Positions 57,331 to 64,000 of a DNA stretch of 64,000 nucleotides are shown here, one piece after another. The stretch's first letter is position 1; every line of letters begins with the position of its first letter. Source of the stretch: Candidatus Latescibacterota bacterium (GTDB lineage: Bacteria > Latescibacterota > UBA2968 > GCA-2709665); contig OZ252100.1 in assembly GCA_965248435.1 (NCBI GenBank), positions 4,704,001-4,768,000 on the forward strand, read 5' to 3'. The position numbers were made by a program, and so were the translations under genes. Below the pieces are notes generated by a model. That model worked only from the letters and a program-made list of their open reading frames with translations, ran no database searches and was not told where the DNA came from.

Positions 57331-58961
57331 ATGGGGGGAACATCGTGGCAGATCGCGAGAAGACGGAAGATCAGCTGCTGAGCGAACTGTCCGAGCTGCG
57401 CCGAAAGGTGACCGACCTGGAGGCCAGGTGCGCCGACAACGAGGCGAATGAACGGGCGTTGCGTCGGAGCGAGGAACGCCTGCTGAGTCTGGCGGAGCAC
57501 CTGCCTCGAGGGGTCTGCCTTCTTGACAAGGATTGGAGAGTGGTCTTCACGAACCCGATAGGCAAGCAGGATCTTGCCGAACTCACGAACATCGGAGAAG
57601 GAGACGTGATCTCGCATCTGGGCGTCTACCCCATCGAGGACCTTCGCGATGCTGCGGCAAAGGGATCTTCCAACAAAATCGTGGTAGAAGGTCCTCCTAT
57701 ACGTGTCTTCGAATTGGATATCGAACCCGTTAAGGAAGGCCGAGACGGGTGGGTGTTGATGATACGCGATGTGACGGAAGAGCAGGAGGTTCAGGTGCGG
57801 GCTCAGTTGCAGGATCGACTCGCCGCGGTGGGTCAACTCGCCGCCGGTATTGCCCACGATTTCAACAATACGTTGACCGTGATCATCGGGTACGGTGAAC
57901 TCCTGGACATGCTCCCTGATGTGCCGGATTCTTTGAAGGGGAAGCTGAAGACGATCGTAAAATATGGCAGAAGAGCCGAGCAGATGATCGGGCAGATTCT
58001 GGATTTCAGCCGGCAGACCACCGCGAAGCAGAGTGCGATAGACCTGGCACCCTTTCTGAAGGAGGCCGTCAAGCTGCTGACGAGGACCCTTCCCGAGAAC
58101 ATCAAAGTCACGGCTGACTTCGGTAAGGGCGATTACATCGTTAAGGCAAACATCGCGCAGCTCCAGGAAGTCGTCACGAACCTGGCGGTCAATGGTCGCG
58201 ATGCCATGCGCGACGGTGGCAGACTGGGCATCGGATTATCGAAGTTCCATCTGGGGGTTGGAGAAAAGCTCCATCTCAAGACATCCAATTCCGAGATTGT
58301 ACCCAAGCTGGGCGCTGGCGAATGGGTCGTGCTTTCCGTATCGGATACGGGCACGGGAATACCGCCTGAGATCCTGAGCAGGATCTACGAACCGTTCTTT
58401 TCAACCAAGAAGCGAGGTGAAGGCACAGGACTGGGGATGTCGCAGGTCTACGGTATTGTGAAGCAGCACGGCGGGTATATCGATATCGACACTACAGAGG
58501 GAAAAGGGACCACTTTCCTCATCTACCTACGCCTCGTTCGCGAAAAAGCTGCTCCCCTGGAAGAGGTGGAGCAAGGGTTCCCGGAAGGTCAGGGTGAGAC
58601 GATCCTGCTGGTGGAGGACGAAGAATCGGTGCGCGAGGTGATACAGGGAATGCTCGAACCTCTGAACTACCGAGTAATAGCCGCAATCGATGGGCGTGAA
58701 GCTCTGGATGTTCTTGATTCTGAATCTGAAAATGTGGCAGTCGTACTTACAGACCTGGTGATGCCAGAGATGGGTGGAGAGGAACTCATACTCAAACTTA
58801 GAGAACAGGGAAACTCGGTCCCGGTGGTCGTGATGACGGGATACCAAATGAAAAAGGAGACGGAACTGGATTCCAAGATTCAGGGATATCTGAGAAAGCC
58901 TTTAGGGATCTTGAAGCTCGCCCAGGCCATAAGGGGGGCCCTCAAGCGGCAGAAGAAATAG
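57327..58961 (+). CDS. hybrid PAS histidine kinase / response regulator
   Basis: GIAHDFNN H-box, NLAVN, DTGTG, FFSTK, GTGLG, C-terminal REC (VEDE, DLVMP, KP). Confidence 0.95.
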   Translation: MNGGNIVADREKTEDQLLSELSELRRKVTDLEARCADNEANERALRRSEERLLSLAEHLPRGVCLLDKDWRVVFTNPIGKQDLAELTNIGEGDVISHLGVYPIEDLRDAAAKGSSNKIVVEGPPIRVFELDIEPVKEGRDGWVLMIRDVTEEQEVQVRAQLQDRLAAVGQLAAGIAHDFNNTLTVIIGYGELLDMLPDVPDSLKGKLKTIVKYGRRAEQMIGQILDFSRQTTAKQSAIDLAPFLKEAVKLLTRTLPENIKVTADFGKGDYIVKANIAQLQEVVTNLAVNGRDAMRDGGRLGIGLSKFHLGVGEKLHLKTSNSEIVPKLGAGEWVVLSVSDTGTGIPPEILSRIYEPFFSTKKRGEGTGLGMSQVYGIVKQHGGYIDIDTTEGKGTTFLIYLRLVREKAAPLEEVEQGFPEGQGETILLVEDEESVREVIQGMLEPLNYRVIAAIDGREALDVLDSESENVAVVLTDLVMPEMGGEELILKLREQGNSVPVVVMTGYQMKKETELDSKIQGYLRKPLGILKLAQAIRGALKRQKK

Positions 58962-58991
58962 CGAGGGACATTCCAAACCACAGTATGAAGA

Positions 58992-59026
58992 CCGCCCCAC
59001 TGCTTTTTGCTCAGGCAGTGGGGCGG
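58992..59026. terminator. hairpin downstream of the kinase
   Basis: CCGCCCCACTGC-N11-GCAGTGGGGCGG. Confidence 0.5.
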
Positions 59027-59291
59027 CCGCGTTTCGGGAACTCTGGGAACAACCATCGATGTCGAATCTTAAACATAAAGGAAGTGGCGTTGCGAAAGAC
59101 ATATGGGCCTTTACCTTCCAAATAGGCGACTGAGGAAAGGCGGATATCAGCCAAATAGTCTCCCAATCTCTAAAGGAGCTTAAATCTCCCCCCATCCTTT
59201 TGCGACTATATGGGGGATGACAATAGATAACTTTCTTAAAAACTTATGCTTGTAATGATATGATCCTTATCGCAATCTGAAGGGATAAGGG

Positions 59292-59307
59292 CGGCACAGA
59301 AATTGCA
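59292..59307 (+). promoter_or_regulatory. sigma54 promoter
   Basis: CGGCACAGAAATTGCA, GG-N10-GC, 57 bp before ATG 59365. Confidence 0.65.
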
Positions 59308-59364
59308 TCTTCTCGTTAGGTAGTAAGCATAAGATCACAACAATTACAAACCGGGACGCTGAAT

Positions 59365-60336
59365 ATGGCCGATCAGGAATGGCTGGAATGGATAGATGAT
59401 GATGAGGAGAAGCGACAGAAGAGGCACAAAGCTGCCATTTTGCTATGGGTGCTTTTATCTCAGATTGTGATTGCCTATGTGATAGGCCAGTTTTGGTTTA
59501 CCGATTCTGATGAGTCCTCGGAGGCGACGAAAGGAGCTGTATCGGATTCTTTCTTTACAGAGATAGATTCGTTTCAGACGCTGGACTACATAAGGGCCTC
59601 CAATCGGCATTTTGCAAGCGGAGAAGCCTCAGGTCGACACACCGCAAGCGGAGAGGCTTCAGGTCTACGCACAGCATACAGAAGGGGCTCCAATCACCGC
59701 ACAGCAAACGGAAAGACTTCAAATAAACGCCTGAAATACCAGGCCCAGATGGTGGCGGAGCTTGTACGGAACCTTAATTCGGAAGTTTTCAGAAGGGTGG
59801 AAGCGCTGATCGAAACCCATCGGGTAGAATTTTTCCATATCTATATTCCTTCCAGCGCCTGGGGTGGAGTGAAAGAGCAGGAGAGAGTCGATCTGTTGAA
59901 TAAGGCGGACCACATCTTGAGGACTCACTTTCCCGAAGAGACACCCTCCGTCGTCCTGAAATTCGACGATGACCAGCAACAGACACTTTCCCCGCCGCTG
60001 GCGCTCGACTACCTAATCAAGAAGATGAACCAAAGCTTCACGGAGCTCAATCCGGAGGTCTACAAATCGGTAAACGTGGAATTAGAGGGCCAGGAGTCGA
60101 TCGAGGAAACCGGTAAAGTGGTTCTGAATGAGCTTCGGATCAAGAAGATCGATGTTCAGGTACGATCCGAGTCGTGGGATGCCCTGAGTGCCCAGAGCAA
60201 AGTCGATCTGATCAATGAAACCATGCTCTTTCTGAAACTCCAGTCTCCGCGAGTGACGCCCTTCGTTACGTTACAGTTTGATGATAAAAGGCAGGAACTC
60301 GCTCTGAAATACGTTTCGGCTGCTGTCAGGGGCTAG
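59365..60336 (+). CDS. membrane-anchored hypothetical protein with internal repeats
   Basis: One TM helix; 10-aa repeats; two similar C-terminal domains ending VLKFDD / TLQFDD. Confidence 0.75.
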   Translation: MADQEWLEWIDDDEEKRQKRHKAAILLWVLLSQIVIAYVIGQFWFTDSDESSEATKGAVSDSFFTEIDSFQTLDYIRASNRHFASGEASGRHTASGEASGLRTAYRRGSNHRTANGKTSNKRLKYQAQMVAELVRNLNSEVFRRVEALIETHRVEFFHIYIPSSAWGGVKEQERVDLLNKADHILRTHFPEETPSVVLKFDDDQQQTLSPPLALDYLIKKMNQSFTELNPEVYKSVNVELEGQESIEETGKVVLNELRIKKIDVQVRSESWDALSAQSKVDLINETMLFLKLQSPRVTPFVTLQFDDKRQELALKYVSAAVRG

Positions 60337-60363
60337 GAAACCACAGAAATATGACAAATCAGA

Positions 60364-60397
60364 CCGCCCCTCTGCCTGACGCCAGGCAGAGGGGCGG
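60364..60397. terminator. hairpin between convergent genes
   Basis: CCGCCCCTCTGCCTG-ACGC-CAGGCAGAGGGGCGG. Confidence 0.7.
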
Positions 60398-60424
60398 ATG
60401 TGTTTCCCCAATCCTGCAACTTGG

Positions 60425-61213
60425 TTAGCTGACCGATTCCCAGATCTCCAGGATCCGCTCCCTCACCGGCCCAACTTCCACGTCAAAATTCACGAACCGC
60501 TTTCCGTTGTCTTCCACAGAGATCCTTCCGTCGTATCCTGCCTCCTTCAAAGTTTTGATGTAGGTGCCGTGGCTGAAGTTGCGTCCCTCCGAGGTGAGGA
60601 CATCTATTTCAGGGACAGGCAGGTGGACGTGCCTCAAAAGGTGTGCGGCTTTCAGGATATTGTCCCAGGGTTCATCATCCTTTTCCATGTGTAGGAGGTC
60701 CGCCAGAACGCAAAGGTGGGGGTGGTCGACCTCTTCGGCGATCTCAAGCGCTTCGGTAACGCTATTTATCATGTTGCAATACTCGCGTGCCAAAGGTTCT
60801 ATCACGATTGTGATGCCGCTTTTCCGGGCCGTTTCTGCAGCCATGGCAGCAAATACCTTTACCTGCTCGAGCGCCTTGCTTCGGGAGAACCCCTCTGGAA
60901 CATTGCGCGCGCCCCCGCTTCCGAAGACGACGATCTCCGTCCCCAGTTGGGATGCCCGCTCCATGACGATCCCCACGTGATTTGTTAAAGCGCCAAAGTC
61001 GACCGCATCGCCCGTGATTTTTAGTTCACTCGGGACGAAGACGTTGAACGCCTCCGCCTTAATGCCCGCCTCTTGAAACTGCTTCCTTACAGGCTCGAAT
61101 TCACTCTCCGGGCGGTCTGGAAGGAGCATGAGTGCTCGGGGTTCGATGAAGTCGTAGCCTTCGCGCTCAACGGCGGCAAGGCGGTCCTCAACACCACAAC
61201 ATCCGAGTCTCAT
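60425..61213 (-). CDS. sugar phosphate isomerase/epimerase family protein
   Basis: GYDFIE, VFGSGGAR, IEPL, D..HM, HVH, GYDGRISVE; ATG 61213 follows GAGGAGG. Confidence 0.88.
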   Translation of the reverse strand: MRLGCCGVEDRLAAVEREGYDFIEPRALMLLPDRPESEFEPVRKQFQEAGIKAEAFNVFVPSELKITGDAVDFGALTNHVGIVMERASQLGTEIVVFGSGGARNVPEGFSRSKALEQVKVFAAMAAETARKSGITIVIEPLAREYCNMINSVTEALEIAEEVDHPHLCVLADLLHMEKDDEPWDNILKAAHLLRHVHLPVPEIDVLTSEGRNFSHGTYIKTLKEAGYDGRISVEDNGKRFVNFDVEVGPVRERILEIWESVS

Positions 61214-61274
61214 AAGGTGCCTCCTCATCTGGTTTCGGAAAAGAGATGGTGCCAAAGGGGGTCATTTCCAAGCG

Positions 61275-62435
61275 CTAATCGGGTGTCGAGTCCGGTCCAA
61301 AGACTGTAAAGAGCGCCCGTGCGCACTCGAATTCAGGAACCGACGACTTTCCGTGGAGGACAAGCTCCGACAGGATCCTGCCCGTCAACGGACCAAACTT
61401 GAATCCGTGTCCCGTAAACCCTGCACCTATTCCAATGTTACGATTATCCGGGTGCAGGTCAATTACAAAGTCCTCTGTGGCGGTGTTGGTATAAAAGCAG
61501 GTTTCGGCACGGACGAACCGTTCTACCGGAGGCACCAGAGCTGCCCGGATGCAGGCCTCCAGAGCCTCGACGGCTTCCGGAGTAACGTCTATTTCTTCGT
61601 CTGGATCATCCTCTACGCCCCACGTGATGTGTCGTGCGACCTTGACCCCTTCGCAGCCGAATTCAGGCAGACCGTAATAGTGCCCGTCCCCCATGCTTGC
61701 CCAAACGGGGAATCGGCCGACACGGAAGTCCTTCGGATCGCCTGAGAGCTGGAAATAACCCACGATCTGGCGAGCAGGTTTCAGGCGGAGTTTCAAGAAG
61801 GGTGAGAGCCGCGAGGCCCAGGGCCCGGCCGTCACGATGAGCCGTTCTGTTTGGATCGGGCCCCGGTCTGTCTGGACTCGGATCGGATCTTTCGAATAGT
61901 CGATTTCCAGGACCCGCGTCTCCTCACGGATCTCGGAACCGGATCGGAGGCAAAGCCGGGCCAACGCAGCAAGCGTTTCTGCGGCGGCGACGATGCCGGC
62001 TGTTCGATCTACCAGGACGCTGGCAGCATCGTTGAAACGAAAGAGCGGAAACCGACGTCTGGCCTCTTCAGGCTCCAGCAATTCTGCATCGACCCCCGAG
62101 GCTGCTACGTTATGGATGTAGCTTTCGTACCTTCCGCCCAGGGGACCATAAAAGCAGGCCGGAGTGTGGTAGATCAGTTTCGTGTCCGAATCCCGTTCGA
62201 GGCTTGGCCACTCCTGGTCCCGAGCAACCCGCACCAGTTTGGTATAATGCTCGTTTACGTAAGGGCTTCGGGTCACTCGAGAATGGCCGTGTGAACTGCC
62301 CCGGACATTTCCCAGTCTGAACTGCTCGATGAGCCCGATCTTCCCGGCGCCCATCTTACCGAGGTGATAGAGCGCAGACAGACCGTTGATGCCTCCGCCG
62401 ACGACAAGCGCATCGTAGGCCAGTTTACTTGACAT
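61275..62435 (-). CDS. FAD-dependent N-methyl amino acid oxidase (sarcosine oxidase / SolA family)
   Basis: GGGING, GSSHGHSR, C-F-Y-T (covalent flavin Cys position), GHGFKF. Confidence 0.88.
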   Translation of the reverse strand: MSSKLAYDALVVGGGINGLSALYHLGKMGAGKIGLIEQFRLGNVRGSSHGHSRVTRSPYVNEHYTKLVRVARDQEWPSLERDSDTKLIYHTPACFYGPLGGRYESYIHNVAASGVDAELLEPEEARRRFPLFRFNDAASVLVDRTAGIVAAAETLAALARLCLRSGSEIREETRVLEIDYSKDPIRVQTDRGPIQTERLIVTAGPWASRLSPFLKLRLKPARQIVGYFQLSGDPKDFRVGRFPVWASMGDGHYYGLPEFGCEGVKVARHITWGVEDDPDEEIDVTPEAVEALEACIRAALVPPVERFVRAETCFYTNTATEDFVIDLHPDNRNIGIGAGFTGHGFKFGPLTGRILSELVLHGKSSVPEFECARALFTVFGPDSTPD

Positions 62436-62790
62436 CTCTAGCAGGGTCCGGTTTTTCGATCAGGAACCCGGCCCGGTCTCCGAAGTTGTGGGCGTTGAGG
62501 ATCTCCGCGCGCTCTGCGTGCGTGCAGCCTAGGAGAATTTTGATTTCGGCATCCCGTTTTTGCAGGTCTATCGAACAAATGATACCCGTAATCCGCCGAT
62601 CCGGCAGACGACCGATCCACACGTCGATCCCGTCGCCATCACCCGAAACCGTGCCCTCCAAGTATCCATAGTCGTAGGGATAGATATAGTCCGGGAATCG
62701 CTTGTCAGCAGACCCTTTTGGCCTGTCAATGACCACCTCAGCGGTTGCCAAAAGGTGGTCCAGGGTGTCCCAGAATGGAGAATCGCCCAC
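62425..62790 (-). CDS. small inorganic pyrophosphatase-like protein
   Basis: IDRPKGS...YPYDYGYLEGT.SGDGDGIDVW. Confidence 0.85.
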   Translation of the reverse strand: MGDSPFWDTLDHLLATAEVVIDRPKGSADKRFPDYIYPYDYGYLEGTVSGDGDGIDVWIGRLPDRRITGIICSIDLQKRDAEIKILLGCTHAERAEILNAHNFGDRAGFLIEKPDPARDVK

Positions 62791-62992
62791 GGCAGTTGAG
62801 CAGGTTAAGTGTGGTTAGGAAGGTCGCCCAATATAGAAAAAAGTGGCCGGTCTCTACAACCTGTAATTGGACGCCCGACTCGATTCGTGCCATTTCGGCA
62901 TATCTGACGAAATCTGGCATATATGACGAAATATCGAAACTCAAAGGCACGGAGGTCCTGGAACGAGATAACCAAGAAATACGTGTTCGTTC

Positions 62993-63045
62993 TTTATAAA
63001 CAATATGTTGTAAAACAATTGGGCGCACTCGGCACGGCAGTTGCT
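62993..63045 (+). promoter_or_regulatory. IHF-like site plus sigma54 promoter of lon
   Basis: TTTATAAACAATATGTTG then CGGCACGGCAGTTGCT (63030-63045); TGACGAAAT direct repeats upstream (~62905, ~62923). Confidence 0.65.
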
Positions 63046-63095
63046 CCTTCGAAGAGGTAGAGACTAAACCGAGGAAATTCGAAGGGAGAGACGTT

Positions 63096-64000
63096 ATGTC
63101 TGAAAACAGCAAGAACACAGACAAAGCTCAGGGCCTGCCCGATCAGCTGCCACTGCTGGTTACAGGAGAGGTCGTGATCTTTCCGCGTATGGTCGCTACG
63201 CTGCTCATCGACGACAAGCCGGCGATACGCGCCGTGGATACGGCCGTGAATGCCGGCCACAAGACCCTCGTCGTCTTTGGCCAGAAATCGGAGGCAGGAG
63301 GAGATTCTGATTCCAACGGACGGTCCGACGCGGTCCAGTTGGAGGCGTCAGACCTTTATCCAGTCGGATCAGCGGTACGGATCGTCAGGATGCTGCGCCA
63401 GCCGGACGGGCCGCTCAGAGTCCTGGTGAGTGGGATCACTCGTGTCGGGCTCCAGGACCTCATTCAGATCAGACCCTACCCACTGGCGCGAGTTGTAAAC
63501 GTCACCCCGAACAAAAAGGTGACGACTGAACTGGAAGCCCTGGCCAGAAATGCGATCAATCTGTTTGAACGTGCGGTTTCACTCACACCGAATGCCCCGA
63601 CTGAGGTGTTGGCTGTTTTGTCCGACCTCACCGAGCTGGAAGAAAAAGCCGACTTTGTCGCATCTCAGTTGAATCTCGGTTTTGAAGAGATGCAGGAGAT
63701 CCTTGGCGAGCTGGATCTCACAGTGAGGTGGGAGATCCTCAACCAGCACCTTACCCGTGAGGTCGAGGTCCTGGAGCTTCGTCAAAAGATCGAGTCGCAG
63801 GCGGCCGGTTCGATGGACGAAGCTCAGAAGGAGTATCTCCTCAGGCAGCAGCTCAAGGCGATTCGAGAAGAGCTTGGCGATGAAGATAGCGGTGGAAACG
63901 AAATCGAGGAGCTCAAGGTTCAGATCGAGGAAGCGGAGATGCCGGAGGAGGTGCGGAAGGAGGCGGACCGGGAACTTTCACGTATGGAGAAGATGCCGCG
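63096..64000 (+). CDS. lon: Lon protease, N-terminal part (runs off the window)
   Basis: Translated by hand from ATG 63096: LPLL...VVIFP, KEYLLRQQLKAIREELG, MPEEVRKEADRELSRMEKMP; missing from the ORF track because it has no stop. Confidence 0.92.
   Translation, partial: MSENSKNTDKAQGLPDQLPLLVTGEVVIFPRMVATLLIDDKPAIRAVDTAVNAGHKTLVVFGQKSEAGGDSDSNGRSDAVQLEASDLYPVGSAVRIVRMLRQPDGPLRVLVSGITRVGLQDLIQIRPYPLARVVNVTPNKKVTTELEALARNAINLFERAVSLTPNAPTEVLAVLSDLTELEEKADFVASQLNLGFEEMQEILGELDLTVRWEILNQHLTREVEVLELRQKIESQAAGSMDEAQKEYLLRQQLKAIREELGDEDSGGNEIEELKVQIEEAEMPEEVRKEADRELSRMEKMP

Overview
64 kb of a GC-rich bacterial chromosome. The gene style (expanded Gfo/Idh/MocA and DHDPS families, a CRTAC1/NHL surface protein with a C-terminal dockerin-like EF-hand pair) suggests Candidatus Latescibacterota or a similar uncultured lineage; this is inference only. 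Several single-base frameshifts, two clearly in short G runs, point to an imperfectly polished long-read assembly. Layout: (1) 1-14.6 kb, a catabolic region with three Gfo/Idh/MocA genes, four DHDPS-like aldolases and spacers full of short-period and REP-like repeats; (2) 14.8-24.3 kb, a FadR regulator divergent from an operon of corrinoid methyltransferase / split methionine synthase genes; (3) 24.5-31.9 kb, an element bounded by 37-bp inverted repeats (TGTAGGGGCA...TGCCCCTACA) with no transposase of its own. It carries radC, a nested IS30 and a string of unrelated, end-truncated DNA pieces, three of whose junctions fall exactly on the hexamer GCAATT. This is the most unusual signal in the window; (4) 32-49.5 kb, recD2, an HD-GYP gene and a lepA-lepB-hemW-thrB-SLBB-wzz-surface protein-tsaC operon; (5) 49.8-64 kb, a c-di-GMP / two-component cluster with sigma54-type promoters, a sarcosine-oxidase-like gene and the 5' part of lon. 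I saw no rRNA, tRNA or CRISPR array.
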